From Candidatus Iainarchaeum sp. (GTDB lineage: Archaea; Iainarchaeota; Iainarchaeia; Iainarchaeales; JAAZKV01), in the NCBI GenBank assembly GCA_026397015.1, contig JAPLVR010000003.1, forward strand, positions 186,359 to 250,358: a DNA stretch of 64,000 nucleotides, written 5' to 3'. The notes beneath the pieces are model-generated. The model saw only the letters and a list, made by a program, of their open reading frames with translations, was not told where the DNA came from and searched no databases. Both the position numbers and the translations under genes were made by a program. Position 1 is the first letter of the stretch; each line of letters starts with the position of its first letter. This document shows, piece by piece, positions 56,213 through 64,000 of this stretch.

Positions 56213-57061
56213 ATGGGCGCGGAAAAAGAAGAAAAAAAAGAAAAACAGGCAAAGGAAAAAGAACCTTCGGCGAAACCGGTGAAAGAAATGAAACCAGAAG
56301 TTAAGGCTGAGGTTCAGAAAACTGCGCCGCAGGAACACAAACTTAATGCAAAGACACCGCAGGAAAACAAACCACGTGCCGAGCATTTGGCGGAAAAACA
56401 GTTCGCCGTTAATCCGGCGCCGAAAATTTTGGTGCCACAGAGAAAAAATCTTTTCCCTGAAAACAAGGTTTTCAACAGATGGTCATTCAATGACGTCAGA
56501 ATAACTGATTTGGGCTTGGCAAGATACATATGCCTCGATTCAATGATTCTGCCGCATTCTTTCGGAAGAAAGACCGGCGGAAAATTCGGGAAATCAAAAA
56601 TTAATCTCGTTGAGAGGCTGGTAAACAAAGTTATGCGCTCGGGCCAGGGAAAAAGAAAACTCAGCGGAAAATTTATCAGAGGAAGGGGAAGCTGCGGAAA
56701 AAAAATGCAGGCAATGAGAATAGTCGAGGGAGCTTTTGAAATAGTTGAAAAGAAAACAGGAAAAAATCCTGTTCAGGTGCTTGTTACCGCTATTGAAAAC
56801 ACTGCTCCGAGAGAAGACGTTACAAGAATAAAGAGAGGAGGAGTTCCGTACACCGTTGCAGTAGATGTTTCGCCGCAGATAAGGCTCGATGAAGCACTAA
56901 AAAACATCGCACTGGCCGGATTTGGAAATTCTTTCAACAAAAAAGTGAGCGCTGCGGAAGCCCTTGCGGAAGAAATGGTTGCGGCTTCGACCAACGACAC
57001 GAAAAGCAGCGCGGCAAAGAGAAGGGATGAAATCGAGAGAATCGCGAAGGCCTCAAGATAA
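56213..57061 (+). CDS. rps7: ribosomal protein uS7 with ~80-aa Lys/Glu-rich N-terminal extension
   Basis: uS7 core from ~aa 85 (…RWSFNDVRITDLGLARYI… to the C-terminus). The first ATG is at 56213; the tool start is TTG 56198. Confidence 0.8.
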   Translation: MGAEKEEKKEKQAKEKEPSAKPVKEMKPEVKAEVQKTAPQEHKLNAKTPQENKPRAEHLAEKQFAVNPAPKILVPQRKNLFPENKVFNRWSFNDVRITDLGLARYICLDSMILPHSFGRKTGGKFGKSKINLVERLVNKVMRSGQGKRKLSGKFIRGRGSCGKKMQAMRIVEGAFEIVEKKTGKNPVQVLVTAIENTAPREDVTRIKRGGVPYTVAVDVSPQIRLDEALKNIALAGFGNSFNKKVSAAEALAEEMVAASTNDTKSSAAKRRDEIERIAKASR

Positions 57062-57116
57062 AAAAAAGTTCCCGATTATTTTATTTTTTGGTGGTACGGT
57101 GGGAAGACAGGAAGAC

Positions 57117-59291
57117 ATGGCTTTGCTTGTTGAGAAGCTGATGAGCTCGAGGGAAAATATCAGGAACATCGGCACTGTCGCACACATCGACCACGGAAAA
57201 ACAACGCTAAGTGACACGCTAATTGCTGCTGCAGGGCTAATTAACCCTGAACTTTCGGGAAAAGTCCAGCTGATGGATTACGAGGACCAGGAGCAGGACA
57301 GGGGAATAACTATAAATGCGGCGAACATTTCAATGGCTTTTGATTATGATGGAAAGAAAAATCTGGTTAATTTGATTGACACACCAGGGCACGTGGATTT
57401 TACAGGAGAAGTTATAAGGGCGATGAGGGCGGTTGACGGTGTAATACTTGTGGTGGATGCAGTCGAGGGAGTGATGCCGCAGACGGAAACTGTGATAAGG
57501 CAGGCGCTGAGGGAATATGTGAAGCCGGTGCTGTTCATCAACAAAGTGGACAGGATAATAAAAGAATTGAACGCGACGCAGGAACAGATGCAGGAAAAAT
57601 TTGTAAAAGTAATTGCACAGGTAAACATGCTGATTGAGAGGAACGCACCTGCGCAATTTAAAGAAAAATGGAAAGTTAGGATAGAGGACGGCTCTGTTTC
57701 CTTCGGTTCGGCTAAGAGAAAGTGGGGGGTTTCGGTTCCTTACATAAAAAAGACCGGAATAACGTTGAAGGATACTTATAATTATTTGAGGGAGGACAAG
57801 CAGGATGAGCTTGCAAAAAAGAGCCCTGTGAGCGAAGTGGTTCTGCAAATGGTTGTGGACCACCTTCCGAGCCCAATAGAAGCGCAGAAATACAGGATAC
57901 AAAAAATATGGGGAGGCGATAGGGAAACAGAAGTTGGTAAGGCAATGGAATCATGCGACCCGAACGGACCGCTTTCAATGGTTATTACTGATGTGAGCGT
58001 TGACCCTCACGCGGGGGATGTTGCAACCGGAAGGATTTATTCAGGAACAATAAAAAACGGGGGCTTGGTTGTGCTGACGGGCTCGAAGAAGGAAATAAAG
58101 ATACAAAAAGTCGGAATCTTCATGAGCAACGATTTTTTGACAATCTCGAAGGCGCAAGCGGGAAACATTGCGGCGCTCGTCGGAATAAAGGATATTTATG
58201 CTGGCGAAACGGTTTCAACCCATGAAATGAAGCCCTTTGAAAGTTTCATGAGCAGGGTTGAACCGGTAATGACGATCGCAATTGAAGCAAAAAATCCGAA
58301 GGACCTTCCGAAACTTATCGAAGTGCTGAGAAAACTGGCGAAAGAGGATCCCAACCTAAGAGCGACAATAAACCAGGAAACGGGCGAGCATCTTCTTTCA
58401 GGAATGGGAGAGCTTCACCTGGAAGTAAATGTTTACAGGATTACGACTACGAACAAAGTTCCTGTTCAGACGTCTGCGCCGATTGTGGTTTATCACGAAG
58501 CGATTAATGGAACGAGCCAGACTCTTGAAACAAAGAGCCCGAACAAGCACAACAAATTCAAGATGAGGGCGCTTCCGCTGGACAAAAAAATTTTTGACAA
58601 TTTAATCGAAGCAAAAATCGAGGGAAAATTAAAATTGAAGCACGCGGAAACGATTGCAAAACTGCAGGCGGCCGGCTTTGATACGGACACTTCGAAAAAG
58701 GTTTGGGCGATTAGTAACGGCTCTGTTTTGATTGATAGGTCAAGAGGGGTACAGGCGCTGCACGAAATAAGGGAACTTGTAATTGAAGGGTTCATGGACG
58801 CGATGGCGGAAGGGCCGCTGGCGAAAGAAAAGTGCCAGGGGGCAGTAATAGAACTCGAAGATGCAATACTTCACGAGGACTCAATTCACAGGGGACCGGC
58901 ACAAGTATTGCCTGCAATTACACGCGGAATATTTGCAACAATGCTGCAAGCTGGCGCGGTTCTCTTTGAACCGAAACAAATACTTTCAATTATGGTCCCT
59001 GAAAATTACATGGGCGCGGCTTCGCGAGAACTGGGGTCGAGAAGGGTGCAAATAACAGAAATGAGGACGGAAGGGGATTCGAGCGTTATTATTGGAAAGG
59101 CACCTGTGAAGGAATTGATTGGGTTCAGCAGCACAATGAGAAGCGCGACACAAGGAAGGGCCGTTTGGACGGCGGAGTATTACGGCTATGAAATGCTGCC
59201 GAAGGAATTGCAAGCAAGCACAATAAAAGAAATAAGAAAGAGAAAGGGAATGGACGAGGAAGTAAAGAGCTGGCAGTTCTTCGTCGACTAA
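57117..59291 (+). CDS. fusA: elongation factor 2 (aEF-2)
   Basis: G-domain motifs AHIDHGKTT, DTPGH and NKVD, with the EF-2 C-terminal domains. The start was moved to MALLVEKLMSS, because the tool ORF at 56964 overlaps rps7 out of context. Confidence 0.9.
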   Translation: MALLVEKLMSSRENIRNIGTVAHIDHGKTTLSDTLIAAAGLINPELSGKVQLMDYEDQEQDRGITINAANISMAFDYDGKKNLVNLIDTPGHVDFTGEVIRAMRAVDGVILVVDAVEGVMPQTETVIRQALREYVKPVLFINKVDRIIKELNATQEQMQEKFVKVIAQVNMLIERNAPAQFKEKWKVRIEDGSVSFGSAKRKWGVSVPYIKKTGITLKDTYNYLREDKQDELAKKSPVSEVVLQMVVDHLPSPIEAQKYRIQKIWGGDRETEVGKAMESCDPNGPLSMVITDVSVDPHAGDVATGRIYSGTIKNGGLVVLTGSKKEIKIQKVGIFMSNDFLTISKAQAGNIAALVGIKDIYAGETVSTHEMKPFESFMSRVEPVMTIAIEAKNPKDLPKLIEVLRKLAKEDPNLRATINQETGEHLLSGMGELHLEVNVYRITTTNKVPVQTSAPIVVYHEAINGTSQTLETKSPNKHNKFKMRALPLDKKIFDNLIEAKIEGKLKLKHAETIAKLQAAGFDTDTSKKVWAISNGSVLIDRSRGVQALHEIRELVIEGFMDAMAEGPLAKEKCQGAVIELEDAILHEDSIHRGPAQVLPAITRGIFATMLQAGAVLFEPKQILSIMVPENYMGAASRELGSRRVQITEMRTEGDSSVIIGKAPVKELIGFSSTMRSATQGRAVWTAEYYGYEMLPKELQASTIKEIRKRKGMDEEVKSWQFFVD

Positions 59292-59403
59292 TTAAATCGA
59301 GTAGTAAAACATGGTTGAAATTGCGAAGCGTGACAAAACAGTTGTTTTGCCACGGTCTTTTTTTCGAAAAAAGGGCACTCCTGCGAAGCAGACAGTTTTT
59401 CGC

Positions 59404-59426
59404 CAGCCTTTTTCGTAAAAAGGCTG
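59404..59426 (+). terminator. palindromic hairpin element CAGCCTTTTT-CGT-AAAAAGGCTG
   Basis: Lies downstream of EF-2, preceded by the two smaller hairpins CAAAACA-GT-TGTTTTG and CTTTTTTT-CG-AAAAAAG. Confidence 0.5.
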
Positions 59427-59444
59427 ATGTGAAGCATTTTTTCG

Positions 59445-59467
59445 CCGGCCTTTTGCTAAAAGGCCGG
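59445..59467 (+). terminator. variant hairpin element CCGGCCTTTT-GCT-AAAAGGCCGG
   Basis: Same flanking TTTTTTCGCC leader as the canonical element, with GGCC replacing AGCC in the stem. Confidence 0.45.
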
Positions 59468-59579
59468 GGGCAAGTATTTAAAAGGTTTCTTTAAAGGAAT
59501 AGTAATATAGTTTTGCTGCGCAACTGGTGGGCGCGGCCGCAACGATAAAATTTGGAATTTTTATTCGGAGGAATGTAAG

Positions 59580-60848
59580 ATGGCTGAAAAAAGTCTGATG
59601 AACATAGTTTTTATTGGTCACGTGGACCATGGTAAATCCACTTTAATCGGAAGATTGCTTTATGACGGTGGAGCTCTTTCAGAACAGGAATACAGAAAAT
59701 TGGAAGCGGAAGCGAAGGAAAGGGGAAAGGGAACATTCGCCTTTGCATACGCAATGGACAAACTGAAAGAAGAAAGAGAAAGGGGAGTAACAATTGACGT
59801 TTCATACAGGAAGTTCGAGGCGAAGAAAAACACTTTCACAATAATTGACGCGCCCGGACACAGGGACTTCGTAAAGAACATGATAACGGGAACTTCACAG
59901 GCGGATGCTGCAGTATTGGTAGTCGCCGCAAAAGAAGGCGTTCAGCCGCAGACAAAGGAGCACGCGTTCCTCGCCCAGGTAATGGGGATAAAACAATTAG
60001 TCGTTGTAATAAACAAAATGGACGAAGTGAATTATGAAGAGGCAAAATTCAACACTGTAAGCGCCGAAGTGGTAAAATTGCTGACAGGCGTTGGATACAA
60101 AGCTGATAACCTGAAAGTTGTTCCGGTTTCGGCTTGGAAAGGAGACAATGTAGTAAAAGCTACTAATAATCTAAAATGGTTCAAGGGAAAAACACTTTTG
60201 GATACGCTTGATGATTTGAAGGCGCCTCCATCACCGACAGACAAACCGTTGAGGCTGCCGATACAGGACGTTTACAATATAAAAGGAATTGGAGCGATTC
60301 CTGTTGGAAGAATTGAAACCGGAATAATGAAGCCCGGCGACCAAATAATAGTAATGCCTTCGAAGAAAACCGGGGAAGTGAAAACAATCGAAGAGCATCA
60401 CGAACAGCTGAGCCAGGGAGGTCCGGGAAACAACGTCGGTTTCAGCGTAAGAGGATTGAGCAAGGATGACTTGAACAGGGGAGATGTTGTTGGGCCGGTA
60501 AGCAAACCGCCGACGGTTGCAAAATCGTTCATCGGGCAGATAGTTGTGTTGAATCACCCTACTGCAATACCTGTGAATTACACGCCAGTGTTCCATGTCC
60601 ATACTGCACAGATGTCAATGAGACTTGCTGAACTGCAGAAGAAACTGGACCCTAAAACGGGCGCTGTTGTGGAACTGAATCCAAAGTTCCTGAAAACCGG
60701 CGATGCGGCAATCGTAAAGATTGTTCCGTCAAAGCCGCTCTGTATTGAAAAATACTCTGAGTTCCCTCAATTGGGAAGGTTCGCAATCAGGGATATGGGT
60801 CAAACTGTTGCGGCGGGAATCGTTCTTGACATTGAAAAGGCGGAATAA
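59580..60848 (+). CDS. tuf: elongation factor 1-alpha (aEF-1alpha)
   Basis: [18 protein letters not shown]. 422 aa. Confidence 0.9.
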   Translation: MAEKSLMNIVFIGHVDHGKSTLIGRLLYDGGALSEQEYRKLEAEAKERGKGTFAFAYAMDKLKEERERGVTIDVSYRKFEAKKNTFTIIDAPGHRDFVKNMITGTSQADAAVLVVAAKEGVQPQTKEHAFLAQVMGIKQLVVVINKMDEVNYEEAKFNTVSAEVVKLLTGVGYKADNLKVVPVSAWKGDNVVKATNNLKWFKGKTLLDTLDDLKAPPSPTDKPLRLPIQDVYNIKGIGAIPVGRIETGIMKPGDQIIVMPSKKTGEVKTIEEHHEQLSQGGPGNNVGFSVRGLSKDDLNRGDVVGPVSKPPTVAKSFIGQIVVLNHPTAIPVNYTPVFHVHTAQMSMRLAELQKKLDPKTGAVVELNPKFLKTGDAAIVKIVPSKPLCIEKYSEFPQLGRFAIRDMGQTVAAGIVLDIEKAE

Positions 60849-60912
60849 TCCCGTAGGGATTTTCGCAGGCCTTTGAAAAAGCTGGCAAAAGTTTTTCGCG
60901 AAAGTTTTTCGC

Positions 60913-60935
60913 CAGCCTTTTTCGCAAAAAGGCTG
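60913..60935 (+). terminator. palindromic hairpin element CAGCCTTTTT-CGC-AAAAAGGCTG
   Basis: Lies downstream of tuf. A short hairpin AATCCC-GTA-GGGATT overlaps the stop, and a degenerate copy sits at ~60862-60888. Confidence 0.5.
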
Positions 60936-61002
60936 TGGGGGAGAGAGTTTTTTCTTTCTTCCAGCCATTGTTTTTATTTCAAATGGAAAGTAGGCGACAA
61001 AG

Positions 61003-61308
61003 ATGCAGACAGCACGAATAAAGCTTTCGAGCACTAATTACGGAACGCTGGAAGAAATTTGCAACAAAATAATAGATGTCGCCGAAAGAACCGGGGCAAA
61101 ACACTCCGGAAAAATTCCTTTGCCGACAAAAAAATTAATTGTTCCCACTAGAAAGGGGCCTTCCGGCGGAGGAACTGAAAGTTATGAACACTGGCAGATG
61201 AGGATACACAAAAGGATGATTGACATACAAGCGGATGAAAGAACTTTGAAAAGAGTAATGAGAGTTGAGATACCTGAAGATGTCCATCTTGAAATTGAAT
61301 TGAAATAA
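61003..61308 (+). CDS. rps10: ribosomal protein uS10
   Basis: 101 aa, with the conserved RIKLSSTN...IPLPTKK...HWQMRIHKR pattern. Confidence 0.85.
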   Translation: MQTARIKLSSTNYGTLEEICNKIIDVAERTGAKHSGKIPLPTKKLIVPTRKGPSGGGTESYEHWQMRIHKRMIDIQADERTLKRVMRVEIPEDVHLEIELK

Positions 61309-61330
61309 GCTTTCTTTTTTTAATTGATTC

Positions 61331-61768
61331 GTGCCTAATTCGTCTATGTTCGAGCTGTTTGAGCACAAGGCGGATATCGGTGTGCGCGGAATCGGCGAAA
61401 CGAAAGAAGGGGCTTTTGCCGAATGCGCAAAAGCGCTTTTTGAAATAATGTGCGACACGAAAAAAGTAATTCCCTCGCAAAAAACCGAAATAATTGTTTC
61501 TTCAAACAAATTGGACGAACTACTTGTAGAATTTCTTAACGAATTGCTGTATTTGAAAGACACCGAAAGAATGCTTTTCTCAAAATTCGAAATAAAAATA
61601 AAAAAAGTCGGAAAAAAATTCGGGCTGGAGGGAATCGCGTTCGGGGAAAAAATTGACGCAAAAAGGCACGAATTGAAAACGGAGGCGAAGGCGGCGAGCT
61701 ACTCGCAACTGCTTGTTGAAAAAAACAAAAATGGAAAATGGACGGCGCAGTGCATTGTTGATGTTTAA
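61331..61768 (+). CDS. archease (RtcB activator)
   Basis: N-terminal FELFEHKADIGVRGIG. 145 aa. Immediately upstream of rtcB. Confidence 0.8.
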   Translation: MPNSSMFELFEHKADIGVRGIGETKEGAFAECAKALFEIMCDTKKVIPSQKTEIIVSSNKLDELLVEFLNELLYLKDTERMLFSKFEIKIKKVGKKFGLEGIAFGEKIDAKRHELKTEAKAASYSQLLVEKNKNGKWTAQCIVDV

Positions 61769-61772
61769 AAAA

Positions 61773-63245
61773 ATGGTTGAAAAAGTGAAAAAAATGGGTG
61801 AAATAAAAAAAATCAGCGAATTCATTTACGAAGTTCCGAAGGAGGGAAATATGCGTGTTCCTGGCAGAATTTACGGAAATGAAAACACCATCGCCGCGCT
61901 CAACGATGAATTCCAAAAAAACCCGAACTGGAATTCATTACAGCAAATGGAAAACGGTGCGGGGTTACCCGGAATTCAAAAATATTTATTTGCCTTGGCC
62001 GATGTGCACTGTGGGTACGGACTGCCGATTGGTTCGGTTTTTGCAGCAGATCCAAATGAGGGGGTAATCACCTTTGGCGGTATCGGTTTTGACATCAACT
62101 GCGGCGTGCATTCGCTGATTGTTCCTCTTAAAGCAAGCGAGGTGGAGAAAAAAAAGAAAGAAATCGCGGAGCAACTGTTCAGGGATGTTCCTGCGGGGCT
62201 CGGGAGCAAGGGAAACTTGGAATTGGGGAGCGGGGAGTTGGATGAAGTGATGGAGAAGGGCGCCGAGTTTGTGGTGGAAAGAGGGTGCGGGAGAAGGGAG
62301 GAATTAAAATTCATTGAAGAAAACGGGTGCGTGAATGGCGCGGATCCGAAAAATGTTTCGGAGAAGGCGAAGCAAAGGGCGCTGAGGCAAATCGGAACGC
62401 TGGGCTCGGGAAACCATTACTGCGAAATCCAGGAAATTGAAAAAATATTTGATGAAGAGGCGGCAGAAGCGTTTGGGCTTGAAAAGGAAGGAGTTTTAGT
62501 TAGCATCCACTGCGGCTCGCGCGCTCTCGGACACCAAATCGGAACTGATTACCTTTCAATTTTGGCAGAGGCTTCGAGGAAATACAAAATAAATATTCCC
62601 GACAGGGAGCTGGTTTGCGCGCCGATTGAAAGCGAAGAAGGGCAGGATTTTTTTTCGGCTGTAAAATGCGGAATGAACGCCGCGTTTGCGAACAGGCAGG
62701 CGATTGCTTCGCTGGTTCGCAGAAGCTTTGCAAAAGTTTTCGGAATTTCTGAGGCGGAAGTAAAAACTCTCTATGATGTGGGGCACAATACCGCGAAAAT
62801 GGAGAGGCACAAGGTGAATGGGAAAATGAAGGAGCTGTTAGTGCAAAGGAAGGGGTCGACGAGAGGATTCGGGCCGGATAGGGGAGAAGTTCCTTCGAAG
62901 TATAGGAAAGTCGGGCAGCCGGTTATTGTGGGCGGAACGATGGGAACGCATTCATTTATTTTGAAAGGAACGGAAAAAGCGATGGAGGAAACTTTCGGAA
63001 GCACGATTCATGGCGCGGGGAGGGCAATGTCAAGGACGCGGGCTTTAAAAATGTGGACTGGGTCGCAGATGGTTCAGGAGCTGGAAAAAAAAGGAATCCT
63101 GATAAAGGCAAAATCGCTGAAGGGGCTGCCGGAGGAGGCGCCGCTCGCGTATAAGGACGTGGAAGAGGTTGTGAACATAATGCACAAGGCGGGAATTTCA
63201 ACAAAGGTTGCGATGGTTAAGCCGATGGTTTGCGTGAAGGGGTAG
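61773..63245 (+). CDS. rtcB: RNA-splicing ligase RtcB
   Basis: RtcB metal-binding and catalytic motifs (…DVHCGYGLPIG…, GNHYCEIQ, …HNTA…, GAGR). The start was moved to MVEKVKKMGEI, 5 nt after the archease stop. Confidence 0.9.
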   Translation: MVEKVKKMGEIKKISEFIYEVPKEGNMRVPGRIYGNENTIAALNDEFQKNPNWNSLQQMENGAGLPGIQKYLFALADVHCGYGLPIGSVFAADPNEGVITFGGIGFDINCGVHSLIVPLKASEVEKKKKEIAEQLFRDVPAGLGSKGNLELGSGELDEVMEKGAEFVVERGCGRREELKFIEENGCVNGADPKNVSEKAKQRALRQIGTLGSGNHYCEIQEIEKIFDEEAAEAFGLEKEGVLVSIHCGSRALGHQIGTDYLSILAEASRKYKINIPDRELVCAPIESEEGQDFFSAVKCGMNAAFANRQAIASLVRRSFAKVFGISEAEVKTLYDVGHNTAKMERHKVNGKMKELLVQRKGSTRGFGPDRGEVPSKYRKVGQPVIVGGTMGTHSFILKGTEKAMEETFGSTIHGAGRAMSRTRALKMWTGSQMVQELEKKGILIKAKSLKGLPEEAPLAYKDVEEVVNIMHKAGISTKVAMVKPMVCVKG

Positions 63246-63382
63246 AGAAATATGGACAAAAAGAGCATTGAAGAGTTTGCGCCTAAATTGATGGAAAATA
63301 ATAATTTTGAGTGCAACTTAATTTTAGATGAAAGGCGAAGAAAAAAGGAACTAATATATACCTGTTCACGCCTTTATTAACT

Positions 63383-64000
63383 GTGAAAAAAGCCCTTTTA
63401 ATAATCGCTGTAAGCGCCATTCTGCTCTTGTTTGGGTGCATAATAGAAGGCCCCATGATGGAAGACATCGCAAAGAGTTCAGGAACAATTAACAGCTTTC
63501 TTGCAGAATACCCCGATGCGGAAGTAACCATCCAATTATTGAAAAAAGATGTTGTGGCAGCCGATCCAGATTTTATCGGATACTGCTCACAAGTCGAACC
63601 AAACGAATATTACAAAGTAACATTCACAGACAAAGCCTCCGGCTTGAAGGCTTTTGCATTCGTTGACAAAGACATAGGGGTAGTGTGCGCCCACAAAGAA
63701 GGCACGGAGAAAAAATGCGACAAAACAAAGGGCGCGGAATGTGAAACTGATTACGATTGCAGGGTTGGCTGCAAAAAAGAACCCTGCCCGCAACCGACAT
63801 GCAACAAAGAAACCTGCAAATGCGAACCAGAGAAAAAGGAAGACAAATGCAGTTGGATGCCACCACAACCAGGAGAAACAACCTGTGCCATGGTAATCGG
63901 GCCAGGATATTATTATGACTCGACAAATGTTGCTCAAACAACGAGCTGTAAATATTTCTCAGGGGGCAGCGGATGCAGCGGCCCTCCGTTTAAAACAATT
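63383..64000 (+). CDS. Cys-rich lipoprotein, 3'-truncated by window edge
   Basis: GTG start. The signal sequence ends in the lipobox LLLFGC. Cys-rich segment CDKTKGAECETDYDCRVGCKKEPCPQPTCNKETCKCEP. The frame is open to the window end. Confidence 0.5.
   Translation, partial: MKKALLIIAVSAILLLFGCIIEGPMMEDIAKSSGTINSFLAEYPDAEVTIQLLKKDVVAADPDFIGYCSQVEPNEYYKVTFTDKASGLKAFAFVDKDIGVVCAHKEGTEKKCDKTKGAECETDYDCRVGCKKEPCPQPTCNKETCKCEPEKKEDKCSWMPPQPGETTCAMVIGPGYYYDSTNVAQTTSCKYFSGGSGCSGPPFKTI

Noticed and set aside
56964-57116. Tool ORF start for EF-2 at 56964, and similarly 61713 for RtcB, 35655 for the Kazal protein and 17406 for the MBL hydrolase
   Set aside because: These upstream extensions overlap the preceding gene or add non-native residues before canonical N-termini (MALLVEKLMSS..., MVEKVKK..., signal peptide MKKAVLIAG..., MVSSK...KIIQVNV). 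Internal Mets were chosen.

Overview
This is an archaeal contig, AT-rich and apparently from a small genome. The rpoB gene is split into B''/B', TTG and GTG starts are common, and giant Cys-rich secreted proteins are abundant, which together suggest a DPANN-like or euryarchaeal symbiont-type lineage. The right third (46.7-63.3 kb) holds the conserved information-processing cluster rpoH-rpoB''-rpoB'-rpoA'-rpoA''-L30e-nusA-S12-S7-aEF2-aEF1alpha-S10, followed by archease-RtcB. That cluster is interrupted by unusual purine-rich tracts: an acidic N-terminal extension on RpoA'', an A-rich S12/S7 spacer, and a K/E-rich N-terminus on S7. The left two thirds are accessory. They begin with a truncated large membrane protein, TYW1, and a PAP2 phosphatase. 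A cassette-like array of small same-strand genes follows at 5.7-9.6 kb (VapBC, Doc, an aminotransferase and a nucleoside-deoxyribosyltransferase-like protein), each gene followed by a conserved ~20-nt motif. Next come an orphan amino-methyltransferase, several very large Cys-rich secreted proteins or lipoproteins (five tandem 120-aa repeats, Kazal-like domains, a PKD domain, and a recurring CGxxxCxxGExxxxCxxDC mini-module), ZupT, tRNA-Asp(GTC), LeuA/CimA, and a two-gene giant surface-protein module. After these lie the AmmeMemoRadiSam trio, MscS and an NSUN RNA methyltransferase. The most interesting locus is a compact minus-strand operon at 39.8-43.1 kb: a U32 peptidase, an ultraminimal [FeFe]-hydrogenase-like H-cluster protein and a radical-SAM/SPASM enzyme, placed divergently to two tandem FtsX-type permeases. 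A second repeat family, the palindromic hairpin TTTTTCGCCAGCCTTTTT-N3-AAAAAGGCTG, marks the 3' ends of several genes. No CRISPR array, integrase or transposase is visible. All calls rest on motif recognition and reading by eye. No database search was run.
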